From: an uncultured Gemmataceae bacterium
GTDB taxonomy: Bacteria > Planctomycetota > Planctomycetia > Gemmatales > Gemmataceae
Direction of reading: 5' to 3'
Length of the DNA stretch: 64,000 nt
NCBI GenBank assembly: GCA_963750165.1
Contig: CAVVPN010000003.1
Coordinates: 1,472,001 to 1,536,000, forward strand
Shown here: piece by piece, positions 8,821 to 18,321 of the stretch
Layout of the letters: every line of letters starts with the position of its first letter
Position numbering within the stretch: the first letter of the stretch is position 1
Position numbers and translations under genes: made by a program
Notes under the pieces: model-generated
The model's database searches: none
What the model was told of the DNA's origin: nothing
The model's input: the letters and a program-made list of their open reading frames with translations, nothing else

Positions 8821-11800
8821 ATGCAACTCCGCTACCTCCCTGGCCTGGCCCTGGTCGCCGGCCTGGCGTTCTTCCCCGCCGTGGGCGGCGCAAAAGCAAA
8901 AAGAAAAACTCTACCTCGACCCCATCAACGTCAACATCCCGCACATTTCCACGGACAAATCGGTCCAATACGACTTCGACATCGTTTACGTCCGCGCCAA
9001 ACGCATCGGCGACAAGGTTCACAAGCGCTTCTTCACGGACTTCTCCGCGCCGGTGACCCTGGAGCCGGGCGCCGACCTGATGCTACTGCACCCCGACGGC
9101 CGCGAGGATCTGCTCGTGCCCGGCGGCGAGACCGCATCGGTCACCGACCCGATGGTGTCCTACAACGGCCAGTGGGTCTATTACACGCACGTCCGCGGCC
9201 TGAAAAACTTCACCCAGTGGAACCCGCCGCGGCAGGGCGCCGACATCTACAAGATCCACGTCAAGTCGCGCAAGATCGTGCGGCTAACGAATCAGCAATT
9301 CAGTCCCAACACCGGCGCCGCGCACTGGTCGAAAGACTACCGCACGCCGGAGAAGGGCAAATCGCATTACGAGTATGGCGTCTTCAACATGGGTGCGTGT
9401 CCGCTACCGGGCGGCAAGCTAATCTTCACCAGCAACCGCGATGGCTATCGGCCGGCCCGCGGTTACCCTGCCGTGGCGCTGCAGCTGTTCGTCATGGACG
9501 ACCGCGACACCGACATCGGCGAGCAGGAGACGCCGCAAAACCTGGAAAAGATCGGCCATTTGAACATCTCCGGAGCGCTGCACCCGGTGGTGCTCAAGGA
9601 CGGCCGCGTCATGTACAGCACACTGGAGTCGCAGGGCCTTCGCAGCGAAATCCTCTGGGGCATCTGGACCATCCACCCCGACGGCACCAACTGGAATCCG
9701 CTTATCAGCGCGTTCGACCCGCACAGCGCCCCCAACGGCTTTCACTTCCAGTCGCAGCTGTCCGATGGCTCGATCATCGTCACGGAATACTACAACCAGA
9801 ACAACAGCGGCTTCGGCGCCTACGTCAAACTGCCGCCGTCGCCGCCCAACGGCTACCCTGGCTTCGGGCCGGCGTTCATGGAGGATTCGCGCAACCAGCC
9901 GTGGCGCATGGGCCGCTTTGACAACGGCCGGCCGTTCAATTACCGTATGCCGTTCATGCCGACCCGTTCCGTCGCGCTGACGCCGTTCGCCCTCGGCAGC
10001 GAAGGCCCGGCCAACCGTTCCGTGCGCGGCGACAAGAATTCACCGGCGGTCGGCAAGGTGACACACCCCTCCGGAGCGCCGGACAATCATTTGCTGACCG
10101 CCTACTCGCCCGGTCCCGCGAACCATCAATACTTCTACCCGCCGCAGATCGACAGCGGCATTTACCTCATCAAGAAGGGGGACGTGGTTGAGGAGCCGGG
10201 GCAGATGCTGCTCATCAAAAACGACCCGAAGTTCAACGAATGCTGGCCGCGTGCCCTGGTGCCCTATGAACGCATCTACGGCGTCAAGGAGCCGACGCGG
10301 CTGCCGCGCCTGGCCAACGACGGTAAACTGTCGAAACACCTGCCGCCCGGCACACCGTTTGGCCTGGTCGGCGTGTCCAGCTTCTACAAGCGCGAGAGCT
10401 ACCCGAACGGCGTCGTGCCGAAGGGCAAGGTGACGGCGACCTACGCGGGCGGCAACCACCGCTGGAAGGGCCTTGATGCCTTCACCAGCCACGGCAACGG
10501 TATGCCGCTCAACTTGCACAACCAGGGCGGCGACGTGGGCCTGTACGACAACGACCAGATTCACGCGGTGCGCATCCTGGTGATGGAACCGACCACCGAC
10601 CGCAAGGGCGCCAGCGCCGGCCGCCACTTTTACAACCACGCCCACGAGCGGCTGCGCGTCCTCGGCGAAATTCCGCTGCGCCACTTTCTCCCCTCGCCCC
10701 CCAAGGGGGGCGAGGGGTCGGGGGTGAGGGGGGAACAACCGCTCGATCCGGACGGCAACCCGGACACCAGTTTCCTGGCGAAAATCCCGGCGGACACACC
10801 GTTCACCTTCCAGACGCTGGACCGGAACGGCATGGTGCTGAACATGGCGCAGACCTGGCACCAGCTGCGGCCCGGCGAAATCCGCACCAACTGCGGCGGC
10901 TGCCACGCCCACAGCCAGCAGCCCACGGACTTCGCCCGCACCCGCGCCGGCCAGGCGGATTACAAGGTCTGGGACCTGACGAAAACCACACCGCTGATCG
11001 TGGACAGGCCGCGCGACCAGTCAAGGCAGAAGTGGGACGAAAAAGCTTCGACGGGCGTGCGCTTCGAGAAGCGCGTCAAGAATGTGGAGTATCACCGCGA
11101 CATTCAGCCGATCCTGAAGCGGAGCTGCGTCGCCTGCCACACGGGCAAGGCTGGCAAGCAGCCCGCCGGCAAACTGGACCTCGACGCCGACCACGAGCAG
11201 TTGCAGGTCGCGGATCGCGGCAAATTCCCGGGCACTTACGCGCGGCTGGCGGTGGACATGCGGGCGAAGTTCGGCCACAAACCGATCGCCTACCCCGACT
11301 GGGGCTACCCCAACGCCTCGCGCTATGTCCGCATGTTCCAGTCGCGGCGCAGCCTGCTCGTCTGGAAAATTTTCGGCCAGCGCCTGGACGGCTTCAGCAA
11401 CGAGGACGTTCCCTCGGAGTTTCCGGTCGGCTCCGGCAAACTACTGTTCAAGGGCCAGGAGATCGACGCGAAAAAGTTCGGCAGCGGCCACTACGACCTC
11501 GATTACCTGCCGCCGCAGATGCCGCCGCCCGCGGCGGTCAAGGCCGGCAAGGTCGCGCCGCTGTCCGACGAGGATCGCCGCACCGTCGTCCGCTGGATCG
11601 ACCTCGGCTGTCCGATCGACCTGGATTACGACCCGGCCCATCCGGAGCAGCGCGGCTTCGGCTGGATGCTCGACGACCAGCGACCGACGCTGACCGTGAC
11701 GGCGCCGCAGGCCGGCACCAACACCCAGGTGAGCCGCCTCCTGATCGGCATGCACGATTACTACACGGGGCTGGACCTGGACAGCTTCCGTGTTGTGGCG

Positions 11801-12001
11801 GACTTCGCGGTCAATGGCGTTCAGCCGGGGCAGAACCTGGCGGCGAAGTTTCAGCCGAAAGCTCCGGGTGTGTGGGAGCTGACACTGGCGACGCCGATCA
11901 CGCAGCTGCCACGCGGCCGGCTGGAGGTGTCGGTGCGCGACCGGCAGGGCAACGTCACACGGATTGAGCGGACGATCTCGGTCGGGCAGCCGGCGCGGTA
12001 G
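8821..12001 (+). CDS. Secreted HzsA-related (hydrazine synthase alpha-like) beta-propeller/c-type cytochrome protein; apparent 1-nt frameshift near 8885
   Basis: ATG 8821 gives signal peptide MQLRYLPGLALVAGLAFFPAV; removing one G from gtggg joins the long frame; TolB-like repeats; SFLAKIPADTPFTFQTLDRNGM; CxxCH at 10892-10906 and 11126-11140. Confidence 0.75.
10688..10733. repeat. Palindromic repeat inserted in frame inside the cytochrome gene
   Basis: cccctcgcccccc-aa-ggggggcgagggg followed by tcgggggtgagggg; encodes LPSPPKGGEGSGVRG. Confidence 0.75.
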
Positions 12002-12009
12002 TTTTGCTT

Positions 12010-12063
12010 TCTGAGTCCGAAGCGCCAGCGCGGGTTGTCCCGCGCTGGCGCTTCGGACTCAGA
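12010..12063. repeat. Perfect 25-bp-stem REP-like hairpin
   Basis: tctgagtccgaagcgccagcgcggg-ttgt-cccgcgctggcgcttcggactcaga; same family as 36244-36305. Confidence 0.85.
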
Positions 12064-12087
12064 GCCGGCAACCGAAAGGAGGACGCC

Positions 12088-13440
12088 TTGAATCGGTTCG
12101 CCCGAAATGGGTCGGAACGTCCCGTTCTGTTCACCGTCCAGCATTACCGCTGGCTGGCGCTGATTTACGCCACGGTGGCCATTGTCGCGAGCTTCGTCCC
12201 ACTCAACTATCAGCCCATCCCCTTCGAGACGGCGCTCCGCAGTTATGCGGCGGCGTGGGCGAAACCGATCAGCTTTACCTCACTGTCGGACTGGATCACC
12301 AACGTGGTGCTGTTCATCCCCCTGGGGTATCTGCTCACGGCGGCATTCTCGGTCCATCGTCCGCAACGCACCGGCCTGGTGGCCGCGGCCGTGGTGGTGG
12401 GCTGCGCGCTCCTGAGCGCTCTGATCGAGTTCACGCAACTCTACTTCCCTCCCCGCGTCTGTTCCCTCAACGACGTGGTGGCCGAGACACTCGGGGCGGC
12501 GCTCGGCGTGCTGGTCTGGTTGGCCATCGGACAGCGGTTGACCGCGTGGGCCCGCCGCGACAGTGAGGGCCTCACCGCCGGTCTGTTCCCCGTCGAGGTC
12601 TTGCCGTGCTGGCTCCTGGTGTTGACGCTGGTGCAATTGCTGCCCCTGGATCTGACCCTGCAGCCGCGCGCTCTATACCACAAATACAGGGCCGGTGGCG
12701 TCCGGCTGGCCTATTTCGTGCCGTGGCCGGGCGCCGCCAAAGTGGCCTTGCGGGAATTGCCGAACCTGTTGCTGTTCCTGCCGACTGGCGTGCTGCTCTC
12801 CGGCCTGGGCGGCCGCCGCTGGCGCACGTGGGCCGGGTGGCGCTGGCCCCTCGGTGTGGGACTGCTGCTCATCGGGGCCATCAAATGCCTTCAATTGTTG
12901 GTGCTGAGCCGGAACAGCTTCGCCCTGGATGTCGTCAGCGGTGGGCTGGCGATCCTGCTCGGCTGGGCTCTGGGACTGGCCGCTCAGGGGGATTCAGTGG
13001 AGCGCCGGCTCTACGCGGTGGCCCTCAGCGTCTGGGTCGGCGTCGTGGCGTTCCTCAACTGGCACCCCTTCGACTTTTCCCTTGACCTGGGCCGGGCGGC
13101 CCACCGAATCGCGGACGTATCCGTCCTGCCGTTCGCGGACTACTGGGGGGGGAATTATCTGCAGGCGCTGGACCAGATCGTGAGCCGGCTGACCGTCTAC
13201 TTCGTAGCAGGGTTGCTGCTGCCGCTGGCCGTTGGGTGGACGCCGCGCGGTGCCACAGCGGTTCGCGTCATCCTCGTGGCGGCCGCCTGGGCGACGGTGG
13301 TGGAACTCGGTCAAGCGCTGCTGCCGTCGCGGTTTCCGAGCCTGACCGATGTGCTGGTGGAGACGCTCGGCGCCTGGCTGGGGTATTTGAGCGTCCAGCG
13401 TCTACGGTATGGTCGCGGGCGCGCTGGCGTCGAGTGGTAG
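12088..13440 (+). CDS. VanZ family multi-pass membrane protein (VanZ-like motifs at both ends)
   Basis: NVVLFIPLG, IEFTQLYFPPRVCSLNDVVA and VELGQALLPSRFPSLTDVL; TTG start after AGGAGG. Confidence 0.8.
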   Translation: MNRFARNGSERPVLFTVQHYRWLALIYATVAIVASFVPLNYQPIPFETALRSYAAAWAKPISFTSLSDWITNVVLFIPLGYLLTAAFSVHRPQRTGLVAAAVVVGCALLSALIEFTQLYFPPRVCSLNDVVAETLGAALGVLVWLAIGQRLTAWARRDSEGLTAGLFPVEVLPCWLLVLTLVQLLPLDLTLQPRALYHKYRAGGVRLAYFVPWPGAAKVALRELPNLLLFLPTGVLLSGLGGRRWRTWAGWRWPLGVGLLLIGAIKCLQLLVLSRNSFALDVVSGGLAILLGWALGLAAQGDSVERRLYAVALSVWVGVVAFLNWHPFDFSLDLGRAAHRIADVSVLPFADYWGGNYLQALDQIVSRLTVYFVAGLLLPLAVGWTPRGATAVRVILVAAAWATVVELGQALLPSRFPSLTDVLVETLGAWLGYLSVQRLRYGRGRAGVEW

Positions 13441-13466
13441 GCGCGGGCAGGTATACGGGGGTACTC

Positions 13467-16373
13467 ATGGGTGAGTTATCCGGTTGGCAGCAACTCCTGA
13501 TCGGTTGGCCCTGGTTCCAGGGCGAGGGTCAGTACCCCCTGCCCGCGTACTCGGAATTCCTGCCGCCGCCGCGCCTTGGCCGCAAACCGTACAGCCCCGT
13601 CACCCTGCCCAACCTCGACGCCGACGACCCGTACGGTTGGCCCATCTCGGAGTACGAGGAGCACCTGGAACTGCGGCCCGGCCTGGCCCACATTGCCCGC
13701 CAGGTGATCGGCGCCCTCGCGAAACTCGGCCAGGGCAAGCGCGCCCACGGCATCGCCCGCGGCAAGCTCCGGGACAACCCGTACTGGCCCGCAACGCTGG
13801 GAGAGCGCGCCGGCGACCTGCCGCACGAACGCTACGTCACGCTGGCGCCGCTGGCGCTGTCGCGCACCCAGGACGACAAGGGCCGTGTCCGCTGGACGCT
13901 GTTCGGCGGCAGCGAACAGGGCCCGGCGCGCGGCTTCTGGCGCGGCTTCTTCACGGCGCCCGGCTACCCGGTGCCCGAGGAACAGGGGCTCGGCTTCTTC
14001 CGCCATCTGCTGCACGCCGCCTACGGCGAACCTGAAAAACGCCTGGCCGATCTGCACCGGGCCGGCTTCCGCATTCTGCCAGGGACGGCCAATCCGCCCT
14101 TCGCTCCGGAGGGGGACCTGCCTGCCTGGGCCGAGCCCCTGCTGCTGGCGAAAAACGAGCGTTTGCGATCCGTCAAGTATTTGCTGACGTTCCGCCCCTT
14201 CGAGAGTCTGCCCGACCACATCGTCCGCGCCTACCTCGACGGCCGGCTGCACCTGCTGCCCTTCCCCGGCAGTCTGCTGTTCTGGGGCGTGCCGGTGTAC
14301 CAGCGCCTGCAACTGGAACTGCCGCTGGCCACGCAAATCCCGCTGCTGCACCTGATCGCCCGCCACGAGGCGCCGCAGGGCATTCGCGTACCGCAGTCGG
14401 GCTGGCTGCATGAGCCGCAGCTCGGCCGCCCCGGGGCCGACCACGTTCACGGCCCCGTGCGCAACACCTTCAAGCGTACGCACCGCTGGGCCAAGGTGCT
14501 CCGCCACGAGGATGAGCTGGCCCTGATCGACCACGAAGACCGGCTGGCGCATGTGCTTTTCAGCACCCAGCCGGACGACCTGGGGCTGTACGGCAAGCCA
14601 ATGGCCCGCAACTGCCAGGTGTGGACGCACGACGGTCACCGCTTGCTGGACGGGCCACGCGCCACGGCCTCGGAGGTCGCCGCCGCCGCGCACGCGGTCG
14701 CCGTCGGCGGCCTGTTCGGCTACCGCTTCCAGTATCCGGCCATGTGTCTCGGCCGGCACGAACTGTACTGGCACCGGCCGCTGATCGGCTTCCTGTCGCC
14801 GCAGACCGGCCGGCCGGAAGTGCTGCCCGACGCCCCGCTCGGCTACCTGACCGCGTATGACGCAGACCGACCCGACCCGGCGACGGCTGTCGAAGTGTGG
14901 CCGCGGTTGTTGCGGCGACCGCTGCACCTGGCCGCCCTGCACCTGTCCGACCACGACCAGGCGCGGCACCCGCACCAGGCCACCGGCAACGTCCGCAAGC
15001 TGCTCGAAACGCACCAGCTGCTGGGCGAGGTGCCGCTGCTGCCGTCGCTGGCCCGCAGCCTGCTGACCACTGCGAAGGCGCAGACGCTGGACGGCTGGCT
15101 GGAGAAACTGCCCGAACGGGCCGGCGCCGCCGAGCGGGGCGCCGCTCTGGCCGTCGAGCTGCGCCGCTTGCTGGCCCCGGCGCCGCCGCCGTTGCCCGAG
15201 CCGTTGACGTTCACGCACACCGCGCGCCGGGCCTTCGAGGTGGCGTACTGGAAGACCATCGCGACCCTGGCCGAAGGCAAGTACCTGACCAAGAACAACG
15301 CCGACTGCGTGCGCGACCCCGTGACGCGCAAGCACCTCGTCCATCACCACCGCGACCTGGAAATCCTGGGCGATTACCTGCTGGCCCATTACCGCAAGGC
15401 GGTGGCCCGCGCCGGCCTGACCGGTCGCGCCCTGGTCGGCGACCTGCCCTTCCGCTGGCAGACCGACTTCCCGTATCCGTGGATGGGCGGCTGGTTGAAC
15501 AACCAGGCCGGCCAGGTGGAGGAGCGCGATTTGATCGTGGTCATCCCCGGGCGCGACCGCAGCCGGGCCGTCGTCATGGCCGACCATTACGACACTGCAT
15601 ACATGGCGGACCTGTATGATCCGAAGTACGGCGGCGACGGCGCTCGCGTTGCCGCGGCCGGCGCCGACGATAACCACTCGGCGACCGCGGCGATGATGCT
15701 CGGGGCGCCGCTGTTCCTGGCGTTGAGCAAGGCGGGGCGGCTGGACTGCGACGTGTGGCTGGTCCACCTGACTGGCGAGGAGTTCCCCGCGGACTGCCTG
15801 GGCGCCCGCCACCTGACGCGCTGCCTGGTCGAGGGCACGCTGCGGCTGCGGTTGCCCAGCGGCGCGTGGCACGACCTGTCCGGGACGCGCGTCCAGGGCG
15901 TGTACCTGATGGACATGATCGCCCACAACAACGACCGCGACCGCGACATTTTTCAGATTTCGCCAGGTGTGGGCGGCGCGTCGATGTGGCTGGCGCTGCA
16001 GGCGCACCTGGCGACGGAGGTGTGGAACGCCGGCACGGCGGTGTGGAACCGCAAGGGGCCACGGAAGCAGGCGGAGCGCTGCCGCCGCAGTCCGCACGGC
16101 GGGGCGGTGCCAGGCATGGTGCGCCACCTGGCGCTGCACGGCGAGGTGCGGCCGCCCTACGATCCGCGCAGCACGCTGTACAACACTGACGGCATGATCT
16201 TCTCGGACGCGGGGGTGCCGGTGGTGCTGTTCATGGAGAACTACGACATCAACCGCAGCGGCTACCACGACACGCAGGACACGATGGCCAACATTGATTT
16301 GGACTATGGGGCGGCCCTGGCGGCGATCGTCATCGAGAGCGTCGCCCGCGCCGCCACGGTGCCGCCGGGGTGA
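13467..16373 (+). CDS. Large protein with C-terminal M28 family metallopeptidase domain and unrecognised N-terminal region
   Basis: ADHYDT, GADDNHSA, TGEEFP, MDMI and YHDTQD Zn-ligand motifs; no signal peptide. Confidence 0.75.
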   Translation: MGELSGWQQLLIGWPWFQGEGQYPLPAYSEFLPPPRLGRKPYSPVTLPNLDADDPYGWPISEYEEHLELRPGLAHIARQVIGALAKLGQGKRAHGIARGKLRDNPYWPATLGERAGDLPHERYVTLAPLALSRTQDDKGRVRWTLFGGSEQGPARGFWRGFFTAPGYPVPEEQGLGFFRHLLHAAYGEPEKRLADLHRAGFRILPGTANPPFAPEGDLPAWAEPLLLAKNERLRSVKYLLTFRPFESLPDHIVRAYLDGRLHLLPFPGSLLFWGVPVYQRLQLELPLATQIPLLHLIARHEAPQGIRVPQSGWLHEPQLGRPGADHVHGPVRNTFKRTHRWAKVLRHEDELALIDHEDRLAHVLFSTQPDDLGLYGKPMARNCQVWTHDGHRLLDGPRATASEVAAAAHAVAVGGLFGYRFQYPAMCLGRHELYWHRPLIGFLSPQTGRPEVLPDAPLGYLTAYDADRPDPATAVEVWPRLLRRPLHLAALHLSDHDQARHPHQATGNVRKLLETHQLLGEVPLLPSLARSLLTTAKAQTLDGWLEKLPERAGAAERGAALAVELRRLLAPAPPPLPEPLTFTHTARRAFEVAYWKTIATLAEGKYLTKNNADCVRDPVTRKHLVHHHRDLEILGDYLLAHYRKAVARAGLTGRALVGDLPFRWQTDFPYPWMGGWLNNQAGQVEERDLIVVIPGRDRSRAVVMADHYDTAYMADLYDPKYGGDGARVAAAGADDNHSATAAMMLGAPLFLALSKAGRLDCDVWLVHLTGEEFPADCLGARHLTRCLVEGTLRLRLPSGAWHDLSGTRVQGVYLMDMIAHNNDRDRDIFQISPGVGGASMWLALQAHLATEVWNAGTAVWNRKGPRKQAERCRRSPHGGAVPGMVRHLALHGEVRPPYDPRSTLYNTDGMIFSDAGVPVVLFMENYDINRSGYHDTQDTMANIDLDYGAALAAIVIESVARAATVPPG

Positions 16374-16447
16374 ACCCAACGCGCCGGTTGGAAGGAATGG
16401 ATGGGAAAATATCTACCAGGGGAGTAATGAATGCCCGCGCAGGGCGT

Positions 16448-16744
16448 TTACAGGCTGACCTGCTTGGCGTATTCCATACGGACGACGTGGAGGGTTTCCT
16501 CGTCTTGCCCGTACACCACCAGGAAGGCAAAAGCGTGCAGGCAGAGGCGGTTTTCCGGGTCCACCAGGGTGAAGGCGAACGTCATCCCGTCGAACGGCTA
16601 GGCGGTGCGCCGGAGCACTTGCCCCGGGTTCTCTTGCAACCGATCAGACAGGCGGAGGTACACCTCGGTCAGAACAAAGTCGGAAAGCCCAAGCTGCGCC
16701 AGGCCGCGGCGAAGATGGGGGCGAATCTGCACCTTGTAGCTCAA
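16448..16744 (-). pseudogene. RelE/ParE-like toxin-sized ORF interrupted by an in-frame TAG (16600-16598)
   Basis: TTG start overlaps the upstream stop (TTGA); reads SYKVQIRPHLRRGL...VLRRTA*PFDGMTFAF...FLVVYGQDEETLHVVRMEY to TAA at 16448; 99 codons. Confidence 0.55.
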
Positions 16745-16989
16745 GGCGTCGCCTCCCGCTGCCCGGAATGCTTGGCCCGATGCTCGGCCACGCGCCGCAG
16801 CCACTCCTCACGGCTCACCCCGGCGACCGCGGCGAAAGCGTCCGCGAGTTCCAGGGACTCGCCGCGGACGTGCTCGGCCAGCACTTCTTGATACTCCGCT
16901 TCCGTGAGCGGCCGAAGACGGCTCACGAGTTCCGCCTCCAGCCGGTTCGCCCGTTCTTGCAGTTCATGGCCGTTTGGTTCTGCGCTCAT
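16741..16989 (-). CDS. Small acidic protein, putative cognate antitoxin
   Basis: 82 aa MSAEPNGHELQ...; translationally coupled to the downstream toxin-like ORF. Confidence 0.5.
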   Translation of the reverse strand: MSAEPNGHELQERANRLEAELVSRLRPLTEAEYQEVLAEHVRGESLELADAFAAVAGVSREEWLRRVAEHRAKHSGQREATP

Positions 16990-17052
16990 GCCCGGCTCCC
17001 CAGGTGTGGTCATGGTTCGACGTTCATCCTACCACAACCTGCAGCAGGGGAC

Positions 17053-18066
17053 TCAGAAATCGCTCACGGAGACGACCTTGCCATCGCTCCGGTCGGCCAG
17101 GGCGTACAGCGTCTGCAGGTCCAGATCGACGGTGAGGTAGCGCACCGACCCGTCGCACAGCAGCACGTTGGCGCCGTTGGGGTGAATCGACTGGATGGGC
17201 GAATGGGGGCTGGGGATGCCCACGCCGGTTGAGGACTTGAAGCCAACGGGGTAGCGCACGGTAGTGAGCTGGACGGTGTTCGGCCCCATCCAGTCGGCGC
17301 AGCACATGCCCATGGTGAACATGAACTGGCCGTTCCCGGCCCGGCAGTCGGTCTGGTTGCCGGCCCCGTCGCTACACCAGTCGGACTGTTCCACGACGGC
17401 CAGCGTGTTGGAGAGGCCGTCGGTGATTTGCCGGAACGCGATCCGGCCCGGGGAGGGGTGAAAGGCCTGCAACACCGTACCGGTGCCATACCCTTGCAGC
17501 CCGTCGATCACCACGTCGAGGAGCACGCCGCCCAGGGACTTGCTGATCCCGGGGTAGGACAGGTTGGTGTAGGTGTCGGCGGCCTGGATCGAGCCCATCA
17601 CGCCGGCGTAGTCGGCCATCATGAATTTGGGCCCCCCCAGGTCTCCCCAGCGCGGCAGCGGGCTGGCCGGACACTGGAAGACCGGCACCAGCAGGTTTTC
17701 CAGCAGGGGTGTGTTGAAAGGGTTGCCGTACGGGCTGCCCCCCTCAATCTGGGTGAAGTTGTAATTGTTCCAGATGTTGTCCTGTTCCAGGTAGGGCAGC
17801 AGGTAGAGCCGCCAGCAGTTGCCGTGGTAGCGATACCAGGGGTACTGGTTGCCCGGCGGCAGGGTCTTTTTGACATCGTGGTGGCAGTGCAGGGCCAGGC
17901 CGATCTGGTGCAGGTTGTTGCCGCACTGGCTGCGGGCAGCGGCTTCGCGGATCTTCTGCACGGCGGGCAGGAGCAGCCCAATCAGCACCCCGATGATGGC
18001 GATCACCACGAGCAACTCGATCAGAGTGAACGCCGCCCGCGCCGGTCTCGCAAACGGGTTTTGCAT
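17053..18066 (-). CDS. DUF1559 domain protein with prepilin-type N-terminal methylation motif
   Basis: [63 protein letters not shown] (H-X9-DG). Confidence 0.95.
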   Translation of the reverse strand: MQNPFARPARAAFTLIELLVVIAIIGVLIGLLLPAVQKIREAAARSQCGNNLHQIGLALHCHHDVKKTLPPGNQYPWYRYHGNCWRLYLLPYLEQDNIWNNYNFTQIEGGSPYGNPFNTPLLENLLVPVFQCPASPLPRWGDLGGPKFMMADYAGVMGSIQAADTYTNLSYPGISKSLGGVLLDVVIDGLQGYGTGTVLQAFHPSPGRIAFRQITDGLSNTLAVVEQSDWCSDGAGNQTDCRAGNGQFMFTMGMCCADWMGPNTVQLTTVRYPVGFKSSTGVGIPSPHSPIQSIHPNGANVLLCDGSVRYLTVDLDLQTLYALADRSDGKVVSVSDF

Positions 18067-18194
18067 GAAGACTTCTCTCTCAGGGGATGGGCAGCAACCG
18101 GTACACTCAGGGGAAGGTATCGTTTCGGTTTGCACGAACCAAACGTGTGTGGAGGATTGTAAGCCGGTGGAATGGGGCCGCTCAATGACCATTA

Positions 18195-18219
18195 GCGCAA
18201 TTGGTTTGATATATTGCGC
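18195..18219. promoter_or_regulatory. Candidate transcription-factor operator between divergent genes
   Basis: GCGCAAT-N11-ATTGCGC dyad in an AT-rich divergent intergenic region. Confidence 0.3.
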
Positions 18220-18321
18220 ACATCGTCGGCGGTGGATCAAGTCGCGGAATTTCATGCGGTGTCCCGCAGCCATCCGCTTATACTAGCTCCTGACCCACCG
18301 CGTTCCCGCAGGAGTTGCTTC

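Noticed and set aside
8821..12001. Evidence for anammox metabolism
   Set aside because: Only an HzsA-like domain is present, with no hzsB/C or hydrazine dehydrogenase, and the context is that of a heterotrophic planctomycete
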